Shown here piece after piece: positions 13,454 through 27,143 of a DNA stretch of 64,000 nt. The position numbers and the translations under genes are program-made. The first letter of the stretch is position 1, and each line of letters starts with the position of its first letter. The notes under the pieces were generated by a model, which was not told the DNA's origin, did not search any database, and saw only the letters and a list, made by a program, of their open reading frames with translations. The stretch is from Octopus vulgaris (Eukaryota). The stretch is from positions 14,198,001 through 14,262,000 of the forward strand of contig OX597819.1 of NCBI GenBank assembly GCA_951406725.2. The letters run 5' to 3'.

Positions 13454-14066
13454 TAGATCGTTTGCTTCTAGTAAATTTGTAACGACGTATTTTATTTGAA
13501 AATGTAGCCCTTTTCAAATATGATGGCGGTGCCTCAACATGGCCGCAGTCTAATGATTGAAACACGAAAAAAAAAAAAAAAGATAAAAGATAAATGAATA
13601 TCTTAGAAATAATCCTTGTCAGCTGTTTTGTGAAGAGAATTAAAATGGAATTTAAAATGACAAAGCAACATCTGAAAAGAACCACTTGAGTAAACTTGTA
13701 AAATAACAAAGCAAGGACATTTTTCAACCACGTGGTACAACCGGAAAAAGGACGTCGTGTGGCTGCCAAAGAAGGCGATGTATTCTTTTGTTTTTGTGTT
13801 CGTTTCCTGTATCGAATGAATGGACAATCGAAAATCGAAATTGAAAGAAATTGGTAATATTTTAAGTAAGGATTAGAAGCCGGTCTGTTGCCGTTTTGTG
13901 AGAAGGGCTTTCGTTAGTCCGATTACTTACCACTGGCACGTGCCTAAACGACATCGACACCTGTTAGCAGTGCATAGATGGCTATATGGCAGAATGGCTA
14001 GGCTGTTGGATTCTGGATGTCTGCGTTATGAGTTCAAATCTCACCGAAATCAATTTTAGTTTCATC

Positions 14067-14639
14067 TTTTGGGGATCAGAAAAAAAAGACCCCCCAAAAC
14101 AGCGCAGAGCGATGGGTTGATAGAATTGGTAAGAGCGTAAGAATAATGTCTGGGAGTGGCCATTTTGGGGATCAGAAACCCCCCCCACCAAAAAACAGCG
14201 CAGAGCGATGGGTTGATAGAATTGGTAAGAGCGTAGGAATGATGTCTGGGAGTGGCCATTTTGGGGATCAGAAAACCCCCCACCAAAAAACAGCGCAGAG
14301 CGATGGGTTGATAGAATTGGTAAGAGCGTAGGAATGATGTCTGGGAGTGGCCATTTTGGGGATCAGAAAACCCCCACCAAAAAACAGCGCAGAGCGATGG
14401 GTTGATAGAATTGGTAAGAGCGTAGGAATGATGTCTGGGAGTGGCCATTTTGGGGATCAGAAAACCCCCCACCAAAAAACAGCGCAGAGCGATGGGTTGA
14501 TAGAATTGGTAAGAGCGTAGGAATGATGTCTGGGAGTGGCCATTTTGGGGATCAGAAAACCCCCCACCAAAAAACAGCGCAGAGCGATGGGTTGATAGAA
14601 TTGGTAAGAGCGTAGGAATAATGTCTGGAAGTGGCCATT
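14067..14639. repeat. Tandem minisatellite, about 95-bp unit x6
   Basis: GGGGATCAG recurs at 14071, 14167, 14263, 14358, 14452, 14547. Confidence 0.95.
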
Positions 14640-14942
14640 CCAGCTCAAAATCTTCTGAGTACAAATCCCGCTCCGTCACTGAAAACCTGTGACGTTTCTG
14701 TTAGGAATGGTGACTAATAGGAAGTTGTTACAACAAATAGAATCGTAGGTTCATTTGGGTTGATTGGAACATCGACCACCACCAGTGGATCTCCGTCGCT
14801 TGACCATGAAGATTTACTTTGCTCAATCAATTGAATTATATGCACTTAAATTAACGTGCATATGGCCGAGTATTCCACAGGGTTAACCTTTAGCATTCAG
14901 ATTACTCTGTCAAATATAATGATTATTTATTCTCGTTATTGT

Positions 14943-15323
14943 TCTTTTATTCTTTTACTTGTTTCAATCATTTGACTGCGGCCATGCTGGAGCACCGCCT
15001 TTAGTCGAGCAAATCGACCCCAGGATTTATTCTTTGTAAGTCTAGTACTTATTCTATCGGTCTCTTTTCCCGAACCTCTAAGTCACGGGGATGTAAATAC
15101 ACCAGCATCGGTTGTCAAGCGATTTTGGGGGACAAACACAGACACATAAACACACACACACACACATACATATATACGACGAGCTTCTTTCAGTTTCCAT
15201 CTACCAAATCCACTCACAAGGTTTTGGTCGGCCTGAGGCTATAGTAGAAGACACTTGGCCAAGGTGCCACGCAGTGGGACTGAATCCGGAACCATGTGGC
15301 TGGTAAGCAAGCTACTTACCACA
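14943..15323 (-). mobile_element. SINE-A
   Basis: Matches SINE-A. Confidence 0.9.
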
Positions 15324-15685
15324 CATGCGTAACTTCAAGATTTCAATGATGTGATTCTTTATTTTTAGAATGACATTGTAGGATAGGTGTGAGAGGCTGG
15401 ATCTGGCCAGTTTGAGCATAATAAAAGACGGGCTATTTGAGCCTGATATGGATCGCTTCGATGGTAAAGGACGAAAGCAACCCTTAAACAGAATGAGTAG
15501 GACACGCCTGAACCTTTTTAACTACAATCTATTCGAAGGGATTCTTTACAGTTTCCAAACACTGAATTTCACTCGGAAGGTATGAGTCAACATTCATCCA
15601 AAATGCCACGCAATGAGATCAAACCCGGGTCCTTGTGGATGTGAAGCGAACCTTCTTACCGTTGGGACCAACACAGAAGACTTTC

Positions 15686-15862
15686 GGTCATTGCTCGACC
15701 AGCTAGAAACAGCAGCCAAATGTCCTTCAAGATACACGTTAACGTCTGAAAGAAGGATGCATTGGACCATATGAGTCTCTGATATATAGACGGGATGTGC
15801 ACGGTTGGAACGCCTTTCATTATAGGTCTACTTCGTTGGGGTTGTTACTCTGTAAAACAACC
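15686..15862 (+). mobile_element. Family D old SINE-like repeat
   Basis: CTAGAAACAGCAGCCAAATG...GGGATGTGCACGGTTGGAACG. Confidence 0.6.
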
Positions 15863-16050
15863 GAAGAGAAACGCCGGCAGTAGCAGCAGTAGCGGAGGTA
15901 GCAGCAGCAGCAGCAGCCGTTAAAAATCCTCACCTCTGCTCTTTTACTCTTTCTCTCTCTTTTTATCCCCCTCCCTTACTCTCTCTCTCTCTCTCTGTCT
16001 CTCTCTTGTCTCAACAGCTTCATTCACTTCCTGTACATCCTCCTTTCATT

Positions 16051-16083
<33 letters not shown>

Positions 16084-16616
16084 TCATCGTCTGCCTCCCA
16101 ATCCACTCACTATATATATATATATATATAAAATATCTCCGTATATCACCTCCCACCACTTCTCTCTCTATAATTACATATATTCCTCCCCATTGTCCCA
16201 CTCCCCTTCCTTACTACTCTCACACTTCCTTTCACTAACACTTCCGCACAAACTCTGTCATAGCTTTCTCTTCACTTCCTCCCCTCCCCTCTGCATATTG
16301 TCTCTCTCCCCTCCCTCTCTTATCTCTCACCAATATTTCCCTCTTCATTTCCCCCCTTCCTTCGTCTCTGTCCTTCTCTAACCCACATTTTTAGCTATCC
16401 TCTCCTCCCCACCTAATTGTGGTGTTTTAATATTTCTGACCTCCCCACCATTTTACGCGCGCACGCGCACACACACCTTCGTTTTTTCCCAGTTTTTACA
16501 GGAAAGTTTTTCGTCTTACCTTTATATATTGAGAGAAATACACACACACAAACACACACACACACACACATATACATACATACATAATAAATAGATAGAC
16601 AGACACATACATTCAC

Positions 16617-16656
<40 letters not shown>

Positions 16657-16724
16657 ACATATACATATGCATATATATATATATATGTATATGTGTACAT
16701 ATACATACATGTATATATATATAT

Positions 16725-16957
16725 ATGTGTGTGTGTGGGGGGGAGGTTGTGTGTCTGTGTTTGTCCCCCTAGCATTGCTTGACAACCGATGCTGGTGTGT
16801 TTACGTCCCCGTCTCTTAGCGGTTCGGCAAAAGAGAACCGATAGAATAAGTACTGGGCTTACAAAGAATAATTCCCGGGGTCGATTTGCTCGACTAGAAG
16901 GCGGTGCTCCAGCATGGCCGCAGTCAAAATGACTGAAACAAGTAAAAGAGTAAAGAG

Positions 16958-16958
<1 letters not shown>
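16725..16958 (+). mobile_element. SINE-A 3' half
   Basis: Matches SINE-A. Confidence 0.85.
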
Positions 16959-17008
<50 letters not shown>

Positions 17009-17607
17009 TGCGTGTATGTATTTGTATGTATGTATGTATGTATATGTATACATATACAGCGTGACGAGAGCTTGTATGACTTAACAGCCGATAGATTTAT
17101 GAATGATGCCTAGAGACAGGCATGCAAGCATATTTACATACATTTATATATACATTTTTGCAAAAACTCTGCGTGCATATGAATGCGAATATGTGCATGT
17201 CATGTTGGTATTCTTTTACTAAAATCTGACTCACTCACTGTCCCCTTCTCCACCTCAATCCCTTATTTCCAGGCCAGACTGTAAGTTCTTCCTTGTATCA
17301 TCACTACAGACGGTGATGTTGGTCAGGGGAAACATGGCGGTCGTGGTGATGATGCTGGTGGTGGTGGTGGTGGAATTTCGTGATGTGAACACGCACGCCT
17401 CTCTAAGTAGGTTTGTAGACAACAACACAAACATGCACGTATATAAACATATGTATTTGCGTGTGTGGCGGTGGTGGTAGTGGTGGTGGTGGTGGTGGTG
17501 GGGTACTCGAGTGTGTGTATGAATATCTATGTATCTATCAATCTATCAATCAATCAATCAATCACTCTATCCATACACACACACACACACACACACAGAC
17601 ACACACG

Positions 17608-17659
<52 letters not shown>

Positions 17660-18296
17660 AATATATATAGATATACGCATACACACACTTGTGCGCGTAT
17701 GTAAACTAATATGGCTGCTTGTGGCTCGAGGACAAAAGAAGGCAAGCGACAGATACACGTAGTTTCACACTTATACACAAACATAAACACACATAGACGC
17801 ACAGACACACAAACACACAGACTCGTTAAATACACACACACACACACAGACACACTTCCTCCAGGAAACGGGAGTCGCTCGAAATATTGTGGTACTTTTA
17901 GACAAGAGAGAGAGACAGAGAGAGAGAGAGAAAATAGAGGGGTCCCCCCCTTATAAATTACAGATGTTGAAAACATTATTTCCTCAAATCATGTTTTATT
18001 TCACTCATCTTTAACAGGGTGATTTGGGTGGGAGGGTCACGGATGGGAAGAGGAGAGAGAGGTGGGGGTTACGTTCGGCATGAGGCAAGATTTAGAGGGT
18101 AGGAGGTGGAGGAGGAGGAGGAGGAGGGTAGAAGGCTGAGGAAAAGGAGGATAAGGTCAGGTCATGGAGAAAAGGGGCGGGTGGAGAGGGGTGGGTGTAC
18201 TTAAAAGTGTGCGGCTTGCTTTTTCTGCAAATCATCCGTCTCGAGCCTCCCTTCCCTTTTGCCACGTTCTCGTATAAATACCCAAACATATATATA

Positions 18297-18345
<49 letters not shown>

Positions 18346-18433
18346 AGACATATATATATATATATATATATATTGTACATATATATATATATGTACATAT
18401 ATACTTATACGTGTAAATACATACACATATATT

Positions 18434-18504
<71 letters not shown>

Positions 18505-18515
18505 GTATGTATATA

Positions 18516-18546
<31 letters not shown>

Positions 18547-18773
18547 TTATATGTAATACATCTATGTATGTATACATATAATATAAATATGTATGTATGT
18601 ATGTATGTAGACACATGAAAACATTTTGAGATATTTATCATGCATGAGATATACATATATATATATATATATATACACATATATATATATATACATAAAT
18701 ATAGCGATATATATATATATGTATCGCTATATTTGTATGTGTGCGTATCTAAGTCTGCGTATATATGGATATG

Positions 18774-18806
<33 letters not shown>

Positions 18807-19109
18807 ATTGCTCATTCATTTATAGAAATGCATATATATATATATATATATGTTGAATATGTAGATATGTGAGTGTGTGTATGATACTGTACGCAATGCA
18901 TGCATTCACATAGACAGGGCAGAAACATCGTAAACTCACGAGCAGTGCGCCTGCGCGCTCACTTTCCACAAGCTGTTGATGATTAGCGCTGATGATCGAC
19001 CGGATGTGATAGAAACATTCATTGAGGCAGAGTAGCGAAGCATTGTGGGTGGTGGTGGTGGTGGAGGTGGTGGAGGTACAGATCGTGGCAGCGGAGGATA
19101 ACTGATACA

Positions 19110-19178
19110 TCTCTCTCTCTCTCTCTCTATCTATCTATATCTAACCATTTATCTATCGATGTATCTCTCTGTCTCTTA

Positions 19179-19233
<55 letters not shown>

Positions 19234-19289
19234 ACTATCTGTCTATCTATCTATCTACCTATCTATCTATCTATCTATCTATCTGTCTG

Positions 19290-19329
<40 letters not shown>

Positions 19330-19365
19330 ACTATCTGTCTATCTATCTATCTATCTACCTATCTA

Positions 19366-19449
<84 letters not shown>

Positions 19450-19530
19450 CGTACCTACGTACCTACCTACCTACCTACCTACCTACCTATCTATCTATCT
19501 ATCTCTCTGTCTGTCTGTCTGTCTATCTAT
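19110..19530. repeat. (CTAT)n
   Basis: Direct reading. Confidence 0.95.
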
Positions 19531-20189
19531 TTATTTATCCCCATCTTTACCAGTACGTACATCCATACTTACCTACATTCATACATATATTTATACAAAC
19601 ATATATACATACACACATACACACATACATACATCCATCCATTCATACTTACACATTCTGTTTTACATGTATGTGTTTGAGTTTGTGGTGTGAGAGAATT
19701 GAAAGGGGTGGGAGTGCAGCCCTCAAACCGAAGGCGGCGACGGCGGCGTCGGCAGTGATCCTTATGAAAGTGGTGGTGAGTTCTGAAGGCAATCAAAGTT
19801 GATATGAATGGTTATAGAAAATAAAGTCACAGGATGAGAAAGGTGGAAGAGAGAGAGGGAGCAGAGAAAGACGGAACAGGAACAGTAGTTAGGGTGCTGG
19901 TAACGTGAGGGCGGCGACTCGAGACAGTTAATTATAGATAAGCCAAAGAGAGGGGGAGAGTCGTATAATCATAGAGAGGGAGTGAGAGAGAGAGAGAGAG
20001 AGTATTCTAAGTTTCAATTATATGATTTTATTGGAGTTATCTCCCTTGATAGTCCATTTGAGTTTCTCGTGTAGATCCTGTCGACATTGGTAATCCAAGT
20101 TTATCGAAATTTTTCTGCACACGATATCACCTATGGCAGACAGAGCCGCCTGTGCATTTCTGACGTAGAGCGCTTCCCTTCTAGCTGTT

Positions 20190-20413
20190 TATGTATGTAT
20201 GTATGTATGTATGTATGTATGTATGTATGTATGTATGTATGTATGTATGTATGTATGTATGTATGTATGTATGTATGTGTGTACGTATGTATGTATGTAT
20301 GTAAGTATGCATGCATGCATGTATGTATGTATGTATGTATGTATGTATGTATGTATGTATGTATGTATGTATGTATGCATGTATGTATGCATGCATGCAT
20401 GTATGTATGTATG

Positions 20414-20447
<34 letters not shown>

Positions 20448-20831
20448 TGTATGTATGTATGCATGCATGCATGTATGTATGTATGTATGTATGTATGTAT
20501 GTATGTATGCATGTATGTATTTATGTATGTATGCATGTATGTATGTATGTATGTATGTATGTATGTATGTATGTATGTATGTATGCATGCATGCATGTAT
20601 GTATGTATGTATGTATGTATGTATGTATGTATGCATGTATGTATGTATGTATGTATGTATGTATGTATGTATGTATGTATGTATGTATGTATGAATGCAT
20701 GTATGTATGTATGTATGCATGTATGTATGTATGTATGTATGTATGAATGCATGTATGTATGTATGTATGTATGCATGCATGCATGCATGCATGTATGTAT
20801 GTATGTATGTATGTATGCATGTATGTATGTA
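20190..20831. repeat. (TATG)n with CATG variants
   Basis: Direct reading. Confidence 0.95.
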
Positions 20832-21630
20832 TGAGACCTGATCAATAAGTATCCGGACTGTTGCTATAGTAATGAAGGTAAGGCACACAGAGTGAAGCCG
20901 CTTGGCACAGATTGACCTTGAATTCTGTTGTGCATGCGCACTAAGTTTTAACGTTCTATCTCACTTTCGCTGTTTACAGCAGTACTTGGAAGGAAGGTGT
21001 GTAGCGTGTGATCGTCACATTGACCATGGCAGAGAAAGCTCTCTTGACGATACCTGTATAGAGGCCTATGCAAAGTTGCAGAAAGTGTAAGGAGAGGAGT
21101 GTATGAACCGCACACAAGTGTACGAATGGTTTAGACGTTTCCAAGATGGCTGGAAAAATGTCGATATTGAACGATCTGGGGAACCCGCAACAAGCCGAAG
21201 AGAAAAACAAACATCGTAAATGTGCGTGCAGCTGTGCGGGGAATTCGTCGAATCACCATCCGTGAGTTATCAGAGGATGCGGAAATTAGTTACGGTTCAG
21301 GTCAGTCCATTATCACTGAAGATTTGGGTATGAGACGCATGTCTGCCAAGTTTGTGCCAAATTTGCTTTCAGCTGACCAAAAAGACACTCGGGTTTCAGT
21401 TGGAGAAAATCTCCTTGATTGTGTCGAGACCGATGGAAACCTTTTGAAACCTTTACATAGGCGCAGGAGTGGCTGTGTGGTAAGTAGCTTGCTAACCAAC
21501 CACATGGTTCCGGGTTCAGTCCCACTGCGTGGCATCTTGGGCAAGTGTCTTCTGCTATAGCCCCGGGCCGACCAATGCCTTGTGAGTGGATTTGGTAGAC
21601 GGAAACTGAAAGAAGCCTGTCGTATATATG

Positions 21631-21661
<31 letters not shown>

Positions 21662-22145
21662 TTGTGTATCTGTGTTTGTCCCCCTAGCATTGCTTGACAC
21701 CGATGCTGGTGTGTTTCGTCCTCGTCACTTAGCGGTTCGGCAAAAAGAGACTGATAGAATAAGTACTGGGCTTACAAAGAATAACTCCTGGGGTCGATTT
21801 GCTCGACTAAAGGCGGTGATCCAGCATGGCCGCAGTCAAATGACTGAAACAAGTAAAAGAAAAAAAAAGAAAAGAAAAAGACCCCTGAGCAGGTATCGCC
21901 AAGCTTTTGGCAAAATTCGATGCACATTTTCTGCTCAACTTTCTCTGTTATGGTCAATGCGCCGATCCCACGTTACACACCTTCCTTCCAAGCACTGCTA
22001 TAAACAGCGAGAGTGAGCCAGAACGCTAAAACGTAGTGCGCAGGCACAGCAGAGATTAAGGTCAATCTGTGCCAAGCGGTTTCACTCTGCTTGCCTTAGC
22101 TTCGTTACTATAGTAACAGTCCGGATACTTATTGATCAGACCACG
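20832..22145. mobile_element. mariner relic composed of two facing 5' ends, with a SINE-A between them
   Basis: TA flanks; CTGATCAATAAGTATCCGGACTGTT at both ends; plus strand VYEWFRRFQDG...RRITIRELSE...LGMRRMSAKFVPNLL; minus strand EKVEQKMCIEFCQKLG. Confidence 0.9.
21459..21880 (+). mobile_element. SINE-A, full length
   Basis: Matches SINE-A. Confidence 0.9.
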
Positions 22146-22281
22146 TATACGCGCAAATTTGTATGTTTTACTTTATGCATGTATTTTCATGCATATACTC
22201 GCATGTATAGACATGCTCATATAATATTTAAATGACAAACGTCGGGAAAGTTTTATAGATTTTTACTGCTCCAGTGATAGA

Positions 22282-22800
22282 ATGTATGTATGTATGTATG
22301 TATGTATGTATGTATGTATGTATGTATGTATGTATGTATGTATGTATGTATGTATGCATGCATGCATGCATGTATGTATGTATGTATGTATGTATGTATG
22401 TATGTATGTATGTATGTATGTATGTATGTATGTATGTATGTATGTACGTATGTGTGTATGTATGTATGTATGTTTCTATGTGTGAATGTATGTATGTATG
22501 TATGTATGTATGTATGTATGTATGTATGTATGTATGTATGTATGTATGCATGTATGCATGCATGCATGCATGTATGTGTATGTATGTATGTATGTATGTA
22601 TGTATGTATGTATGTATGTATGTATGTATGTATGTATGCATGTATGTATGTATGTATGTATGTATGTATGTATGTATGTATGTATGCATGCATGCATGTA
22701 TGTATGTATGTACGTATGTATGTATGTATGTATGTATGTATGTATGTATGTACGTATGTATGTACGTATATATGTATGTATGTATGTATGTTTGTATGTA
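22282..22800. repeat. (TATG)n
   Basis: Direct reading. Confidence 0.95.
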
Positions 22801-22891
22801 GAGAGAGTTCACGAAAAAAACAAAAGACTAAGAAAGGTGGTGTATGAAGCAAACAGATGTATTAGTATAACACTCAGGAATAGAAAAAAGT

Positions 22892-22927
22892 CTTTTACGT
22901 TTCGAGCCTACGCTCTTCTACAGAAAG
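22892..22927 (-). ncRNA. Minimal hammerhead-like motif (A6 to U variant) in a short dispersed cassette
   Basis: CTTT-CTGTAGA-A-GAGC gtag GCTC-GAAAC-GTA-AAAG; same cassette family at 30243-30460 and 37705-37972. Confidence 0.55.
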
Positions 22928-23013
22928 GGACACAGAAAAAAATAAGGAGAGAAACAAGGATAGAAAAAAAATGTGTGTAGTGGCTACCGATCTATCATGG
23001 CTACCGATCAATC

Positions 23014-23044
<31 letters not shown>

Positions 23045-23105
23045 TGTATGTATGTATGTATGTATGTATGTATGTATGTATGTATGCATGCATGCGTGTA
23101 TGTAT

Positions 23106-23187
<82 letters not shown>

Positions 23188-23550
23188 GTTGGTAGGTATG
23201 AAGGTAGATAGGTAGGTGGGTAGATAGTTGTGTCGGTCATTTCAAGATTTTGTTTTGTCAGTTCAGCAGAATAAACTTCGCTGAAGAGATGCAATAATAC
23301 TGAAACATACACGTTACTGTTATCAATCTGTTCAATATAACAGATCCACCCCAAAGTGCATCATTTTTATTTGCCCAAAAATTTCTGTTGATTTTATTGA
23401 CGTCATCTTTCTTATGCTTATTTAAAAAAATTTTAACCAGCCCAAGAGGAAGATCTTTTCAACTAATTGTTCAGATAAACTCACAATTACAACGCAAACA
23501 CACACAACACAAAATTAACATGTGACTACTACCATAGCAAAAATGACCAT

Positions 23551-23738
23551 GGGCATATGGCATAGTGGTTAAGAGCGCGGGCTAGTAACCCCAAGATTCC
23601 GAGTTCGATTCCAAGCAGTGACTCGAATAATAATAATAATAATAATAATATCGAAAAATACCTTAGGAACGAGAACCCAGGTTTGAAATTTCCCCAAGAC
23701 ACCTGATGAAGGCTGGAGGGTATATCAGCCGATCGATG

Positions 23739-23741
<3 letters not shown>
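23551..23741 (+). mobile_element. tRNA-Thr(AGT)-like headed element ending in a partial hammerhead
   Basis: A box TGGCATAGTGG, anticodon arm GGG-CT-AGT-AA-CCC, B box GAGTTCGATTCC, (AAT)n, then CTGATGA-A-GGCTG/CAGCC helix II; GAAA degraded to GATC. Confidence 0.7.
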
Positions 23742-23827
<86 letters not shown>

Positions 23828-23864
23828 TTGTATATATATATATATATATATATAAAAAAAAATA

Positions 23865-23911
<47 letters not shown>

Positions 23912-24105
23912 TGGAACTTCTCCAGACAGAGAGCAAAACAAGCAGTAATAATATTTCGTTTTGGGATTTGGTTTGCAAGATTCTTTATATGAGTTCGCGT
24001 GTTGAAGCATATTCTGTTGTGTCTGGGGAGAGTCATTTTCTTTTTGTGCCTTATAATGTAACACACTCACCAGTAAAATTTCCACTTATTTCTTATTTTC
24101 ATTTT

Positions 24106-24145
24106 CCTAAAATTTTCGTTGCGTCTTGCAATCTTTTCAATAATG
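24106..24145 (-). ncRNA. Degenerate hammerhead-like motif, U3-A8 variant
   Basis: TA-TTGAAAA-GA-TTGC aagac GCAA-C-GAAAATTTTA; helix I weak. Confidence 0.4.
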
Positions 24146-24199
24146 TTGAGCTCAGCACCCTAACCATTAATCTACGCGCCTCTACTAATATATAGCTGT

Positions 24200-24362
24200 A
24201 TATTCGTCTGTTTTTACGTTCTGAGTTCAAATTCCGCCGAGGTCGATTTTACTATTCATCCTTTCGGGGTCGATATATTAAATATCAGTTGCGTACTGGG
24301 GTCGATGTAATCGACTGGTCCACCCCCCCAACATTTCGGGCCTTGTGCCTAGAGTAGAAAAC
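24200..24362 (+). mobile_element. SINE-B, 5'-truncated
   Basis: GAGTTCAAATTCCGCCGAGGTCGA... Confidence 0.85.
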
Positions 24363-24560
24363 ACTATATAGCTGTGTATATTTTGATGTGTAAATATGAA
24401 TGCAGGGCCAAAGTCTTGAACTTGGACAGCTGAATGTTGGACTCCGGTTTCATTTTTCTCAACGACAAAGTAATTAATGGGTTATTGGATTCTTTGAGAA
24501 ATTTGTTCTTTATGGCTTCAAATTGAGAAAAAGAACCCTCAAAACAAATGACAATAGTGT

Positions 24561-24945
24561 GGAAGCACTCCATCGGTTCCGACGACGAGGGTTCCGGTTG
24601 ATCCGAATCAACGGAACAGCCTGCTCGTGAAATTAACGTGTAAGTGGCTGAGCACTCCACAGACACGTGTACCCTTAACGTAGTTCTCGGGGATATTCAG
24701 CGTGACACAGAGAGTGACAAGGCCGGCCCTTTGAAATACAGGTACAACAGAAACAGGAAGTAATAGTGAGAGAAAGTTGTGGTGAAAGAGTACAGCAGGG
24801 ATCACCACCATTCCCTGCCGGAGCCTCGTGGAGCTTTAGGCGTTTTCGCTCAATAAACACTCACAACGCCCGGTCTGGGAATCGAAACCGCGATCCTATG
24901 ACCGCGAGTCCGCTGCCCTAACCACTGGGCCATTGCGCCTCCACT
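24561..24945 (-). mobile_element. SINE-C, full length, with target-site duplication
   Basis: TSD TGACAATAGTGT at 24549-24560 and 24946-24957. Confidence 0.95.
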
Positions 24946-25294
24946 TGACAATAGTGTATACACACAAACACTTTGATATACTTTTTGAGAAGAATTCATT
25001 TCCAGGAATTATACAGGATATCAAAAATTAAAAGTTGTCTAACAGACGCATGGCTTTGAGTGGAGAAGTTAACCTTTCAACCATGAGGTGGCGGGTTCAG
25101 TCCCAAATTGCGCGGCAACTTGGGCAAGTGCCTTCTACTTTACCCCCGAGTCAACAAATGCCTTGTGAGCTAATCTGGGAGACGGAAACTGTGTGGAAGC
25201 CTGCTACACACACACACATATCGGTCTGTTATTCATAACTCTGAAATAAAGCACACCCTGAAATCTTTTGAGAAGTTATAACTAATGTAGTTGT

Positions 25295-25940
25295 TGTTGG
25301 TTATAGCCAGATTATATGCTGGGTGTGGCATTAGTTCTATTCCCTCAAGTTTCTGGAGTTTATTGGGGTTATTCAAGCAGGATGAGGTCTCGCGTTGTCT
25401 TGCTGTAAAAGATCTCGCTTTCTGTTCACCAAATCCGGGTATTTTTTGTTGCCCAATGGCATACATCCTCTCCATCCGTTCGGAGTACAGGTTGGCATCG
25501 ATGGCTCGACCATCCAGAATGTACTCGTGGTGAATTGTCCTCCTCATAATTCCACAAAACCCTGAGCATCACCTTGTGTTCGAAACGTCCATGCTTGGCG
25601 ACAGGTTCCGGAAGCTGGTCCTTGCTTAACCACTTCTAATTCATGTTAGGATTGCGGGGAACTCTATCCCTCGGGTTATTATTTGTTCCGATCCATGACT
25701 TACTTCCTGCACTCGTCACGCTTCATCAACCAAGAGGAATGGAAGTTTCAGCGAAGGAGTTCTTTACCTCGAAGGACAAGAACGGGTCTCAGCGTGGGAT
25801 CAAAGAACTGATAGAAAGATGGCTTCAGACGGTGCAACACGATGGCCTCTACTTTGAATGCAACGAGGCTTCTGTTGTAACTTGACCAATAAAGCAACTA
25901 AATTACCAAAATATCGCAAAACTTTTGACTCAACGCAATA
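25295..25940. mobile_element. mariner transposase relic with internal inversion
   Basis: Minus: IDANLYSERMERM...IELMPHPAY; plus: YYLFRSM...GIKELIERWLQTVQHDGLYFE and TIR-like AAACTTTTGACTCAACGCAATA. Confidence 0.85.
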
Positions 25941-26608
25941 TCTAAGACTTACAATTTGTAAAATATATACAAAAATGATAAAATATGAAATTCCCTCCTA
26001 AAATAATCATAAAATGCCTCGCCATTCACCCAACTTTGGGCACAGTTACCTATGGTAAAGTGTTCTATGAAGATCTGTTGTGGTTGAGCATATATATATA
26101 TGCATTTGGAACCTTATCGCAGGGACTCTAATATAAACTTATGTTTATCCTTTTTTCCATATTTCCATATATATTTTCCATCTATATATCTATTCAGGAT
26201 TTCCTCTTTGGCTGAAAGGCCGTATTTATTCTGTCGCCGTTTCAAATTACATTTGTTTACTTTCGTACATGAACTCTGTATCGGCTTGCTCAAGCCCTAA
26301 TTCTCGGGTGCGCCGAAATGCGAAGTTCTCAGTCTTATCGTTAAAGACATGAGACTGTGTATTAGTATTTCTTCGATAACTGATGAAGAATTAAGGCCCT
26401 TCTGTGTCTGTCCCACGTATACGCTTTTTAGAACTGAATGTACTTTTCATTTATTGAGTAACGGAACGCCACGCATCCCGACTTTTGTTAACAATACGTT
26501 TATATATATATATATTTAATATAATATAATATAATATTTTACTATAAAATTGGATTAAATCCTAAATCTGATTTTTCCCTGTAAGTTTGGATTTATTCCC
26601 TAATATTT

Positions 26609-26648
<40 letters not shown>

Positions 26649-26866
26649 TGTCACAACCTGGGACCTTGAAGACTGCTATAATGCAAGAAAGTATACTAGT
26701 CCCTTAATATTTGATATTCAATATTTCATCTATTCAATAAGACAATCAATACTTCATTTCATTTTACTATATATATACTATTTATATTATATATTCTATA
26801 TTCTACATTAATATTATAAAGAATATAAATAAAACATGAAAAACAGAGTTAGAATTCCTTTGAATA

Positions 26867-26905
<39 letters not shown>

Positions 26906-27143
26906 TGTGTTGCTTCTTTAACCACTCGTCTAGTTCTGTGGAGAATTCTATGAAGCATGAAAGTATTTTCTTGTAAGGTTTTCCATCCTAGCTTTGTTTA
27001 TGGTGTACGATGACGTATGTTGCAGTTGCTCCTTGTTTTTAATGCATAGTAATGCTACAAGTGACAGTTGTACATGTCTGGCCAATGGTTACGAAGCTTA
27101 TAACATATGTATATATGTATGTATATATGTATATATGTAAGTA

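Noticed and set aside
14067-14639. CRISPR-like regular array
   Set aside because: Units are identical end to end with no unique spacers; eukaryotic context, no cas genes.
23281-23320. CTGAAGA...GAAAC...GTT hammerhead-like order
   Set aside because: Neither helix I nor helix II pairs.
26380-26410. CTGATGAAGAA in a TA-flanked island
   Set aside because: No downstream GAAA-NUH half; at most a fragment.
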